From contig OZ024750.1 of assembly GCA_964016885.1 (NCBI GenBank), positions 23,374,001 through 23,438,000 of the forward strand: a DNA stretch of 64,000 nucleotides, given 5' to 3'. The position numbers and the translations under genes were made by a program. The notes under the pieces were generated by a model, which did no database searches, was not told where the DNA came from, and saw only the letters and a program-made list of their open reading frames with translations. This DNA comes from Eledone cirrhosa (taxonomy: Eukaryota). Positions 13,330-25,525 of this stretch are shown here, in pieces (position 1 is the stretch's first letter; every line of letters begins with the position of its first letter).

Positions 13330-13590
13330 AAGGGGGCTGTGTCCATGATCTTTTCAGGCACTCAGACACACACGATATTGATGCAGTTTAAATTGCTGCA
13401 GGTCAACTCCTGCAGGAAGAGAATTCCAGAGGGAAGCTGTTCTGAGAAAGAAGGATTGAGTGTAGAGGTTAAATGTTAGTGCGGGGGCTGGACACAATAT
13501 GGGAAATGAGAGAAGAAACGAATGAGGCTGGAGTGCCTGAGTGGATGTGGTACGAGATCTGTTGCCATTAGAGTAGCGGTAGAAAACATA
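13330..13590 (-). mobile_element. 3' fragment of a CR1/L2-group LINE ORF2
   Basis: The minus strand reads VFYRYSNGN and, after frameshifts, LYTQSFFLRTASLWNSLPAGVDLQQFK. This is the SFFxRTxxLWNxLP C-terminal motif of CR1/L2/Jockey-group ORF2. Confidence 0.75.
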
Positions 13591-13601
13591 ATTCTATAAG
13601 C

Positions 13602-13769
13602 CAGACATGTCAAACTGAGGGTCACTCGCGGGCCACATATGTGTTTTCTTTGCCACACACGACAACTAATTATACGAAGATAAAACATGCTCGCGCTGTA
13701 AAAACCTTTGTGTGGGCCGCAGGTGTGCTTGTAAAGGGCTACACGCGGCCCGCATGTTTAACATGCCTG
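13602..13769. mobile_element. hAT MITE (168 bp) with a perfect 8-bp TSD
   Basis: CTATAAGC|CAGACATGTCAAAC ... GTTTAACATGCCTG|CTATAAGC, with subterminal GCGGGCC/GCGGCCCGC motifs. Confidence 0.92.
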
Positions 13770-14371
13770 CTATAAGCCATCTAAAAGGTTCTCAATTGTC
13801 ACCTGTATACATTAAACCTGGGACCGGCGCTACTATTAAGGGCCGCTTCAAGCGCAAACCTCAGAGAGATGCATCACAGTTTTATATGATTAACTTAAGA
13901 TATATGTGGATATATCCAAAACGGTGGAGAGGGTCGTATGGTGTTATGATCTGTAACATAATTTTTCATTGTTGATTATGGGGCTGTGTAGTGGAAAATG
14001 TTGGCTTAATAATTGTCTTAGTGTTGTCAGAGCAAGAAGTATCGAAAATAAGGTTCATCAGCTTGCCAAACTGGAAGTTGTAATTATTTTATTCGGGAGA
14101 ACGTGGGGTGCACATTGTTTAGCCGGCCTTAAGCTCTACATTCCCAGTCGCTGACCCTGCTTCAATCTATGATGATCTATTTGAGTGCCTCAAGGTAAAA
14201 TAGATATATGTTGGTCTTCTGCTTTTCTTTGCCAAGATACCCCCCACCCACCACCACCCCGATCCGGTTCAACTCCTTAAACTGTGAGCCTAAGTAAGTT
14301 ATGTAAAAATAGAATCAATGTCAGGAGGGGAAGGAGCAGGAGGAAGAGGGAGAGTGACAGTAAGAAGAAAG

Positions 14372-14750
14372 GTGTATCAATGTGGAGGGAGGAGGAAGGG
14401 GAGTGTGAGACAGTGTATCAATGTGGAGGGAGGAGGAAGGGGAGTGTGAGACAGTGTATCAATGTGGAGGGAGGAGGAGGAAGGGGAGTGTGAGACAGTG
14501 TATCAATGTGGAGAGAGGAAAAAGAGCGGCAAGGGTGAGACGGTATCAATTTAAAAAGGAGGGGAGAGGAGGCAAGTGTGAGGCGGTATCAACGAGGTGG
14601 GGGTGCTGACAGTGTATGGTGTGGGGTGGTATCAATAAGGAAGGAGGCGGAGTGTGTCAATTTAGTGGGAGGGTGAGACTGTATCGATGAGGGAGGAGGA
14701 GGGAAGTATCAATGTAAAGGGAGGAGTAGGGAAGAATAAGGCAGTATCAA
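14372..14750 (+). repeat. ~41-bp purine-rich minisatellite (GTGTATCAATGTGGAGGGAGGAGGAAGGGGAGTGTGAGACA), decaying 3'
   Basis: Three to four clear units, then degenerate GTATCAA-anchored units. Confidence 0.85.
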
Positions 14751-16349
14751 CCAAAAAGGTAATATGTTGGCTGCCAAAAAAGCCAGGAAACCAGTGTGCG
14801 TGTGTGTATGCACATCCCTCTCTTGTTTACTATGTTTATATATATATATATATTTGTGTGTTTATTCCTTAATCAGAGGAAAGGTAAGCTCCTATGACCT
14901 TTATTGTAGAGACCCCACTACCACCACCACCCCCACCTTTTCCCCAGACTACAATCCTCAAGGTTTGTTGCAGTCGGAAGCAACGCAACTTAAGATCGAA
15001 TTATCCTTAATCCGGAGACCTCGTTGTAATCAATACTTGCAACAGATTGGACAACCCCCATCCATCCCCGACAGATTAGCCCCTTTCAATACTAAACAGA
15101 TCCTTTGTATGATACAAAGCTGTTTAAAAAAAAAAAAACTTTCCTTAAAAAGAACCTTAATAATGAGAAAATTAATGATATGGCTAAATCCTAAATTCTT
15201 GATTAATTTTCAAGATGGCTTGAAAATCAGTCAGTATCTTTCATTAGAAATATAATAACGAAATGAGTTAAAGTGCTTATTATATTTATCTAAAAAAAAT
15301 TATTCCACCATAATTTTAATGAGAAAGTTATTTATTTTATAAAATCCATTTATATATTATAAAATAATTTGAAAATTAATAGCAATATGATTTATTAGAA
15401 ATATGTTCACTCGCCTTTTCTGTGTGTCTGTACATATGTTAACTACAATGATTATATATGCGCATATGCATTTGTTCTCTGCTCTCAATGTATTGAGTAC
15501 ATTTCGGTTTTACAAACGCGCGTGTGTGCGCGCGTCCATGCAATAAGGTGTTTTAACACTTCCATTACCATATTTCTAATGAAAAAAAAACACTCTTTTA
15601 CTCTTTTACCTGTTCCAGCCATCCGGCTGAGGCCATGCTGGGGCAATGATTTTCATGATTTTCAAATAATTTTGAAAATAATCAAGAATTTGGAGTGATT
15701 TAGCAAAATCTCATAATTAAGCCGGTGTTTGAAGCATAACTTAACAAAGATTCTTACATAAAATTATGATGGAAAATAAATAAAAATAATCTGTTTTGCA
15801 TCGTAGAACCAGGGGCAATTTCAGGGGTTTTAAGCAAGCAGAAAATGTGTAAAATAGAAGAATCGGTATGATCAAAGAACAAGATATTGTTGGGGAAAAA
15901 ATATATTATATATTAAAAATAATAATCTTAGCAAATTCGATAAAAGGCCATCTTGAAGTTTTGTTTGTATAGAGAGCACTACTAGAGTATCCTTTAGTAA
16001 AAGGTAATATTATCTACTGATGGAGAGAGTTTTGAGTTGGTAATAACATAAATATTGATTAAAAGTTGAAAGGAGAACAAAACAATATTCGGTTAGGAAA
16101 AATGTGAAGAAAAATAAAATGAATATATTTTATATGAAAAAATATTCTAAAAAAAAATTTTAAAAATTAAGAAAGGTGACTTACTTGAGATAATATTTTC
16201 TACTATATATATATATATATTAATATATTAATGTATAGTGAAGTCCAGAAAATGAACTCAGTTAAAGGTATGCTATTTCAAAGGGTAGCACGCAAGTGGA
16301 ATAAACGCGCAAGAAGCTTACTAAAGGCGGCTGCTAAAAAAGTGTGTTC

Positions 16350-16450
16350 AGAACGGACCAATCACAGAGCAGATTTCTACCCCATTATCGGCAACTCAAC
16401 CAATAGAAAACTGTATAAGTGCGTCGTTCCTCCTTAGCTCACAAACAGAA
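16350..16450 (+). promoter_or_regulatory. candidate Pol II promoter (tandem CCAAT boxes plus TATA-like element)
   Basis: GACCAATCA (CCAAT 16358-16362) and AACCAATAG (16400-16404) are 42 bp apart, with TATAAG at 16414-16419. The context is non-repetitive and contains CpG. Confidence 0.4.
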
Positions 16451-17367
16451 TTACTTTCTTTTAACCTACAAGAGTTTGCGTCCAATTACACGTGTTCTAT
16501 AGAGAAAGGATATCTCAGGAAAGAAAGAAAAGATTAAAACTAAGAAAGGAATAAAAAGATGGATTTAACAAAAAGACAACAAACTCGAAAGATAGGAAAT
16601 TTAACAAATAGATAAATAATTTTTTTTTAAAAATCAAGCCAGCGGCGGAAGGTTTGATGTTTATGTTGGAGTGAATTTTTGAAGAGAGATGCGCATGTTT
16701 GATAGAAACTCACAAAAACTGTGTCAAAAATCTAATTTCCTTTTTCTATGATTGTTTAAAGTAAATTTTCAAACGTTTAAATAATAGTTTCAGATTTAGA
16801 CACAAGGCCAACAATTTTGGGGGAAGAGAAAGTCGATTAAATCGATCCCCAGTACGTTACTGGTACTTTATTTTATCGACTCCGTAAGGATGAAGAAAGG
16901 CAAAATTAACCTCGGCGGGATTTGAACTCAGACCGTAAAGGACCGTAACTCTATGCTGAAAAGCATGGTGTCCGACTCTCCACCGATACTGCCAATCCAT
17001 CGCCCTAAAGTGTTTAAATAATAAATTCTATTCACGAAATGTGATTTTTATTTTAAGAGACACGTTTATCTCAATATTAACATATTTGACGTCAGTAGAT
17101 CATTTTTTCTCTCTCTCTCTTTAGTAAACTGCATACCTGAGATGTTGTATAAACAGTTTATTGTCTTATTTCTTCGGTGGAGGGTATTTATTTTGGATGC
17201 AAGCAGCAGCCGTCAAAATCTGCTGTAAATGGCAGCCGATCTAATCAGTTATATTTCTTTTAGACGTAGTTTCGTCCCGCCCATCAAGCGTAACAGTGCG
17301 ATCAGCTTCTCTTGAAAGCCCTTTATTTTAGATGCTTGTGAAATAGTGAGAAATCGCGCAGCTTTGT

Positions 17368-17499
17368 TGGTAGTGTTGTTGATGGTGGTAGTGTTGTTGA
17401 TGGTGATAGTGTTGTTGATGGTGGTAGTGTTGTTGATGGTGGTAGTGTTGTTGATGGTGGTAGTGTTGTTGATGGTGGTAGTGTTGTTGATGGTGGTAG
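17368..17499 (+). repeat. 18-bp tandem repeat (GTGTTGTTGATGGTGGTA) x7
   Basis: Direct tandem units. Confidence 0.95.
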
Positions 17500-17948
17500 C
17501 GGCAGAGACAATGGCGGCGGAGGAGACGGAATGAAATGGAAAAAAAATATTTCTGTTTCTAAGAAAGATTATGATTGATAAACTGAGACGAGATGAAAGA
17601 AATCTGTCCCAGTGACTATTTTCAGCCGATAATAAACAGAAAGGTGAAGTAGTGCTTACATCGAAGGCCAATCTCCATCTCCATGTCTCTCTCTGTCGCT
17701 CTATCTCCCTCTCCTCTCTCTCTCGCTCTTTCTCCCTCTCCCTCTCGCTCTTTCTCCCTCTCCCTCTCCCTCTATCTCTCTCTCATCATCTTTCTATATA
17801 ATTACGGAGTACAACTCAGTTTTCATGTGATCACAGCGAACAACTATTATGCCTTTACATATCTATATATATATTTGTCTATCGTTTTACATCACATTTT
17901 TGTTCTTTAAAGAAATAAAATATATATAAATATATATATGTATATATA

Positions 17949-18214
17949 CCGTATTTCCCAGCGCCGAGGACGCTTCGTCCTCGAGGACGCACCCTAATTT
18001 TGACAACCAAAAATTTGAAAAAAATAATTGTGTCTACTTTTGGCACAAGGCCTGCAATTATCTCAGAGCGTTACTAGTACTTTATTTTATCGGCCGTGTG
18101 AGGATGAAAGGCAAAGTTAAAAATAATAAACAACCTTCGGCCTCCAGGATGCTTTGATAGATTTTTTAGACTTATTTTAGGAAAAAAGTAGCGTCTTCGA
18201 CGTCGGGGAAATAC

Positions 18215-18216
<2 letters not shown>
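17949..18216. mobile_element. Tc2-like MITE with a nested 5'-truncated SINE A
   Basis: TA|CCGTATTTCCCAGCGCCGAGGACGC ... GCGTCTTCGACGTCGGGGAAATACGG|TA. The minus-strand SINE at ~18025-18120 is flanked by AAAAATAAT on both sides. Confidence 0.88.
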
Positions 18217-18281
<65 letters not shown>

Positions 18282-18756
18282 TTGGTATTTTTAACTCTGT
18301 ATCCAATGAATTATACCGTTGAAAATTTTGTATTTTAAACTTTGCTTCACGACATCTACATACAGATTACATTGAGTTCTTCATACGGTTTAGACCCTAC
18401 CATTAATTGGTGGATTTATCTGTATATATATATATATAGAGAGAGAGAGAGATAGCAGTATTTTTTTTATGTATGTGTGTTTATTATACACTTTCAATAT
18501 TTTCCCGTAGCCTGATATAGATGTACATCTGCAGGGTTGTGTTTGCAGCCCTGCAAGAATATCAAATGCACAAAGTTATATAACAGACGCGGCTGCTATT
18601 TTTAGCATTGTAGTAAAACTGGGCTGTGTTCCGAGGATCGTCTTTACACAAGTCTTCTTCTCCACTCACAATACATAGCACCTAATAAAATAGTTATTAC
18701 TTTTTCTAGCACCCCAGACCATATAAAACACCAAACTGTGCGCGCACACGCATGCA

Positions 18757-18825
<69 letters not shown>

Positions 18826-18869
18826 ATTATGTGTATATATACATATATATATTTATATATATATACAAA

Positions 18870-19063
<194 letters not shown>

Positions 19064-19335
19064 TATATATATACACACACACAAAATGTATATATATACA
19101 TACATATATATATATATGTGTGTGTACGGGAATGCATATATATATACACACACACATACATACATATATATATGTATAAACAAAATCTATCTATTTATCT
19201 ATCTATGAGAAGAATATGTATGTTACAGCATTACCGTAGCAGATGTACACCATTGTGTGTGGGGGGTGAGATGATTGGGTTGTAGCTAAGGGTCCCCATA
19301 GTTCTATGGGACCCAAATTACTATTACTTTTATTA

Positions 19336-19912
19336 GGCAGAATTGGCAGTATCGGTAGAGGGTCGGACGCCATGCTTTCCAGCATAGTTACGTCCCTTTA
19401 CGGTCTGGGTTCAAATCCCGTCGAGGTTAACTTTGCCTTTCGTCCTTACGGGGTCGATAAAATAAAGTACCAGTAATGTACTGGGTATTTGCTGGCCTTG
19501 TGCCAAAAGTAGAAAAAACTATTATTAGACAGAATCGGTAGAGCCTCGGACAACATGTTTTATGGCTTAGAATTACGTTATTTTACTTTCTGAGTTCAAA
19601 TCCTGCCGAGGTTAACTTTGCGTTTCATCCTTACGGGGTCGATAAAATAAAGCACCAGTAATGCACTGAGGTCGATTTATTCGACTTTCCCTTCCCTGAA
19701 AATTGTTGACTTTGAATCTAAATCAGAAATCATTAGTATCGGTAGAGGGTCGGACGCCATGCTTTCCAGCATAGTTACGTCTCTTTACGGTCTGAGTTCA
19801 AATCCCGCCGAGGTTAACTTTGCCTTTCATCCTTACCGGGTCGATAAAATAAAGTACCAGTAATGCACTGAGTAATTGCTGGCCTTGTGCCAAAAGTAGA
19901 AACAATTATTAT
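19336..19912 (+). mobile_element. head-to-tail array of three SINE A copies
   Basis: Three successive (GT)ATCGGTAGAG..GTTCAAATCC..GTCGATAAAATAAAG..ATTA units. Confidence 0.9.
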
Positions 19913-20160
19913 CATTGTTGCTGCTGTTGTTGTTGTTGTTGTTGTTGATTTCATACATAATACGCAAGGGCTTTGATGAAATTTCAGTCGGGGACTTTGT
20001 GTAAACTTAATTTTCCCCTTGCTGTGAGCTTTCTAGAGGTCAGTAAATTTTCTTTTTATGGAGGATGGGGGACAGAGGGGGATGATAGTTCTTTTCTGGC
20101 TCTGAAGAGATTCCTTGAGACACTGGTATCATATAATATCCTCCAGAGTAACCCTATATA

Positions 20161-20255
20161 CAGTAACGATCAAAATAAGAGAACGATAAATTAATTTTTC
20201 ATTATTTTTCTTATTTGACAAAAGTCTTTCCTTTAAAATTTGAAAGAATTTTTAT

Positions 20256-20313
<58 letters not shown>

Positions 20314-20566
20314 GTGCTAAAATATTTTCTAAATAATCAAGAATATAAAAAAAGATATTAATGATACACATTTAATTTAAAAAAAATACAGTGATCAATA
20401 TAAGAGAACTCTAGTAATCTTTTATATTTTAGGGATTTTCTAGAAATATCTGGCAACACTTCTCAACAAGGTCACGTTACCAGTATGTTCCATTTTCCTA
20501 TCAACTCTCCATTCCAAGGTAATTGAAGCCCTCCGACGTAAAGTCGTTCAGATGAAGAGTTATGGA

Positions 20567-20597
<31 letters not shown>

Positions 20598-20607
20598 TCT
20601 CTCTCTA

Positions 20608-20697
<90 letters not shown>

Positions 20698-21865
20698 TCT
20701 CTCTCGGCTATTGGAAGGGAAGTTAGCCGTTCTAAAAGTGTAATAGCGAGGATATTGAAATTGGATAATGAAACCAACTCATTCACGTCTATGATTAAGG
20801 CCGGCTGTCCACATAAAACCAGTCAACGAATGGTGCGCATGATCAACAGAATGTCTTTGGGGAATCGCTTCAACACTGCAGCTGGAATATCTCGACAAAT
20901 CAGAGCTAATTTGGGCAAGGGTGTGTCTCGGTGTACAGTCCCTCGTCTGGCAGAAGTTGGATTGAAAGCCCACTCCCCATAGATCAAACCTCTTATCAAC
21001 AATAAAAATAAAATTGGTAGACTTGACTTTGCTGAGAAGCATGTTGTGAGGGGTGAAAAAAACTGGTCCAAAGTTCATTTTAATGATGAAAGCAAGTTTA
21101 CTTTGGTTGGTTCAGATGGTAACCAATATGTAAGACGTAAAACTGGGGAAAGATTTCAAAAATTCGGAGGCGGCGGTGTCATGATTTGGGGAATGGTCTC
21201 AGCAGCCGGAGTGGGACCTCCCATGCGCTTAAATGGCACTGCGAATGCTAATGTGTACCAGAACCTCCTTCAGCAACATGCCATTCCCACTCTATAGACT
21301 TCTCCCAATCAACCAGACATTTTTATGCAAGATAATGCTCCGTGCCAGACTGCAAAATGAGTGAAAAAATTTCTCGAAGATGAGGAAATAGAAGTTTTGA
21401 AATGGCCAGCCCAGAGTCCCAACTTAAATCCAATCGAGAACCTTTGGAAGATCTTTGGGGACAACATCATGACGAAAAAAAACAACTACAACCACTAAAT
21501 TATGGAAGAAACTGGAGGAAGGGTGGAATAATATCACTCCAAAACTGTGCAATACGATCGTGACATCATGTTAACACAGATGTGCAGAAGTGATCCAAAG
21601 CAAGGGCCTCTACACTTCCTATTAATGTTTGAGAATGCATAAACTCTAGTTTGTAGACCAAATCTCATATTTAATTGTGTTTTTGTTAAGATTGTTTCCG
21701 CTCTCTTATTTTGATGAGTGTATTTTTTTCAAAATTAAAGGTATATCGTTAATATCTTGTGTAAACCCTTGATTATTTAGAAAATATTTTAGCACAGCAC
21801 AGATATATATACTATGAATATTATTTCAAATTTTAAAGAAACAAATTTGACAAATAAGAAAAATA
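20161..21865 (+). mobile_element. decayed Tc1-family (DD34E) transposon with long IR/DR-type TIRs
   Basis: The left end is TA|CAGTAACGATCAAAATAAGAGAAC, with an inner direct repeat at ~20389-20409. An inverted copy of the TIR lies at ~21700-21865, and its outer tip is interrupted or lost at the SINE array. Confidence 0.88.
20514..21625 (+). pseudogene. Tc1 transposase pseudogene
   Basis: Reads KVIEALRRKVVQMK..AIGREVSRSKSVIARILK (HTH), WSKVHFNDESKF, KFGGGGVMIWG, FMQDNAP and [15 protein letters not shown]. There are 34 residues between the second D and the E. It has in-frame stops, frameshifts and an expanded (CT)n. Confidence 0.93.
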
Positions 21866-22650
21866 ATTGTTTCTACTTTTGGCACAAGGCCAGCAATTAT
21901 CCCAGTGCATTACTGGTACTTTATATTATAGACCCCGTAAGGATGAAAGGCAAAGTTAACCTCAGCGGGATTTGAACTCAGATCGTAAAGGACCGAAACT
22001 GTATGCTGCAAAGCATGGCGTCCGACCCTCTACCGATACTGCCAAATAATTGTTTCTACTTTTGGCACAAGGCCAGCTACTACCCCAGTGTATTACTGGT
22101 ACTTTATTTTATCGACCCCGTAAGGATGAAACGCAAAGTTAACCTTGGCGGGATTTAAACTCAGAATGGCAAGGGCCGTAACTCAAGCGTCAAAGCATGG
22201 CGTCCGACCCTCTACCGATACTGCCAATCTACCGCTGCCAAATAATTGTTTCTACTTTAGGCACAAGGCCAGCAAATACCCAGTACATTACTGGTACTTT
22301 ATTTTATCGACCCCGTAAGTATGAAAGGCAAAGTCAACCTCGGCGGGATTTGAACTCTGCCGCTGCCAAATAATTGTTTCTACTTTAGGCACAAGGCCAG
22401 CAATTACCCAGTGCATTACTGGTACTTTATTTTATCGACCCCGTAAGGATGAAAGGCAAAGTCAACCTCGGCGGGATTTGAACTCTGCCGCTGCCAAATA
22501 ATTGTTTCTACCTTTGGCACAAGGCCAGCAATTATCCAGTACATTACTGGTACTTTATTTTATCGACCCCGCAAGGATGAAAGGCAAAGTCAACCTCAGC
22601 GGGATTTGAACTCAGATCGAAAAGGGACATAACTGCCGCTGCCAAATAAT
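21862..22650 (-). mobile_element. tandem array of five SINE A copies inserted in the Tc1 right TIR
   Basis: Five units each begin AAATAATTGTTTCTAC on the + strand. The array is bounded by AAATAAT on both sides. Confidence 0.92.
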
Positions 22651-22860
22651 GACAGTTAAAAAGGAAAACAAGTCAACATTATTGACTGCCAACAAGTTGC
22701 AGGTTTTGCATCAGAGTTTTCCTTCTAGAAAGTGCCCTAAAAAGGACTACAGTTCTCTCACTCCCGGTGGGCATACCGCGTGCACAGGCACCAACATTTC
22801 CATGTCCCCGCGCATATATACATATATACATACACACACACACACACATATATATATATA

Positions 22861-22950
22861 TCACCACCAGCCCACTCTCAAGGGCGTGAAACTAATAAAC
22901 CTTTGTTCGTACTGCCTCTCTGTTTTGTTCCCGTTCAATTTTTTACTATA
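22861..22950 (+). mobile_element. ~85-bp 3'-end stub of a Penelope-like pLTR, flanked by (TA)n
   Basis: CCCACTCTCAAGRGCGTGAAACTAATAAACCTTTGTTCGTACTGCCTCTCTGTTTTGTTCCCGT. It recurs at 28919-28993, three times in 49824-50046, and at 54553-54637, where it follows a hammerhead motif. Confidence 0.7.
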
Positions 22951-22960
22951 TATATATATA

Positions 22961-23039
<79 letters not shown>

Positions 23040-23105
23040 GGTATTTATATTAGTACTATGCGCTGATCGGTCTTTTCTTTCGTTTGACCCACACCTATAT
23101 ATATG

Positions 23106-23194
<89 letters not shown>

Positions 23195-23665
23195 AAGACA
23201 AACATATATACATTATATATTTAGACATATTTTGAGAAAATCTGATGGTTGCTACAGCTGTCTTCATTCTTTGTCACAGCCAGTAATTGTTCTTCAGATT
23301 TCCAGTGTAATTCCACTATAATTTCGACAATGACTGCATGGCAATCCAGAACATAAACCTATAGTGTCTTAGCCATTATCGTGATGAAAATGGTTTAGAG
23401 CACCAGTGTATTTACAGTATTTACTTAAAATCTCTTTGAAGGCGAGTTGCTTTGTGGTTAGAGTAGTTGGCTAAGGATCATTAGGCCATCAGATCGATTC
23501 CCGGCGCTGCGATGTGTCCTTAAGTAAGACACATTATTTCACATTGCTGCAGTTTTCTCAGCTGGCAATGTGTCGTACATCTGATTCAAATGATCAACCT
23601 TATCAGTCAGTGTATCACGTTGAACAGTGATTATTTTAACATGCAGTTGATCCTTGCTTGTGTAA

Positions 23666-23843
23666 TTCTAAATCTAATTTCATGAAGTTTTAAATCTAAT
23701 TTTGTGCAGTTCTAAATCTAATTTTATGAAGTTCTAAATCTAATTTTCTGCAGTTTAAAATCTAATTTTATGACGTTCTAAATTTAATTTCGTGAAGTTC
23801 TAAATCTAATTTTGTGAAGTTTTTTTTATTTTAAATCTAATTT
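23666..23843 (+). repeat. 22-bp minisatellite (TTCTAAATCTAATTTTGTGAAG)
   Basis: About 7-8 tandem units. Confidence 0.92.
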
Positions 23844-23864
23844 AGTGGCACTAATCTCTATGCA

Positions 23865-25010
23865 CACAGCCACACTAACTACTATATACAGACCCAACAC
23901 AGCTACACTAACTACTACACACGTAGGCTCAACACAACTGTACTAACGACTACACACGTAGGCTCAACACATCTGTGCTAACCATTAGACATGTAGGCCA
24001 ACACGGCTACACTAACCACTAAACATGTAGGCCAACACGGCTACACTAACCACTAAATATGTAGGCTCAACACAGCTGTGCTAACCACTAAACATGTAGG
24101 CCAACACGGCTACACTAACCACTAAATATGTAGGCTCAACACATCTGTGCTAACCACTAAACATGTAGGTCAACACGGCTACACTAACCACTAAACATGT
24201 AGGCCAACACGGCTACACTAACCACTAAACATGTAGGCTCAACACATCTGTGCTAACCACTAAACATGTAGGTCAACACGGCTACACTAACCACTAAACA
24301 TGTAGGCCAACACGGCTACACTAACCACTAAACATGTAGGCTCAACACATCTGTGCTAACCACGAAACATGTAGGCCAACACGGCTACACTAACCACTAA
24401 ACATGTAGGCCAACACGGCTACACTAACCACTAAATATGTAGGCCAATACGGCTACACTAACCACTAAACATGTAGGCCAATACGGCTACACTAACCACT
24501 AAACATGTAGGCCAACACGGCTACACTAACCACTAAACATGTAGGCCAACACAGCTACACTAACCACTAAACATGTAGGCCAACACGACTACACTAACCA
24601 CTAAATATGTAGGCCAACACGGCTACACTAACCACTAAACATGTAGGCCAACACAGCTACACTAACCACTAAACATGTAGGCCAACACAGCTACACTAAC
24701 CACTAAACATGTAGGCCAACACGACTACACTAACCACTAAATATGTAGGCCAACACGACTACACTAACCACTAAACATGTAGGCCAACACGGCTACACTA
24801 ACCACTAAACATGTAGGCCAACACGGCTACACTAACCACTAAACATGTAGGTCAACACGGCTACACTAACCACTAAACATGTAGGTCAACACGGCTACAC
24901 TAACCACTAAACATGTAAGCCAACACGACTACACTAACCACTAAACATGTAAGCCAACACGACTACACTAACCACTATCATGTAGGCCAACACAGCTACA
25001 CTAATGACTA
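23865..25010 (+). repeat. ~34-bp minisatellite (ACATGTAGGCCAACACGGCTACACTAACCACTAA), about 33 units
   Basis: Direct tandem units, with a variant unit (GGCTCAACACATCTGTGC) interspersed in the 5' half. Confidence 0.95.
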
Positions 25011-25204
25011 CATCCAGTCATTATTCACCAGAAGGTCACCACTCTGGAACCCCCGCCTCCTGTTCATGTCTTTTCAAAAGGAGTGAACACGCCACAGTTT
25101 AAATAGAACATATCGACGGTGGTTGGACCCTCAAATGGGCGCTGTGCGTAACACATACATACGAACATACGAACATACATACTTACTTACTTACTTACTT
25201 ACAT

Positions 25205-25525
25205 ACATGATGGCTGTAAACTCTGCTAAGAGTATTGCAATCGCTTGTCAGAGTATAGCGTTTGGTGCACTTTTAGGCTACGGCCAGCTACACGAACCTG
25301 TAACAGATCCTGAACAAACAATACCTGTGCTTTGAAGGTTTTTTAAGTGGGGAAAGGTCTTGCAATCGACCAATCCCACTCTCTGAGCATCGACAAAAAA
25401 AAACCGAAAAGGAGAACTGGTCTACATCATCAGATGATTCCGAAGCCGCAGGTTTTTTTTTCAGAGTTTCCATCTCTTAGAAAGGTTTTGTGACAACAAC
25501 TGGGGCCTTTCACTCCCAGGAGAAA
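25205..25525 (-). mobile_element. interspersed repeat with a (TATG)n tail, probably a non-autonomous retroposon; second copy at ~55460-55775(+)
   Basis: Shared blocks AAAACCTGCGGCT, GATGATGT, CTCAGAGAGTGGGATTGG, CACTTAAAAAA, GCACAGG and CAGCCATCATGTATGTA. Both copies end in (TATG/TAAG)n. Confidence 0.65.
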
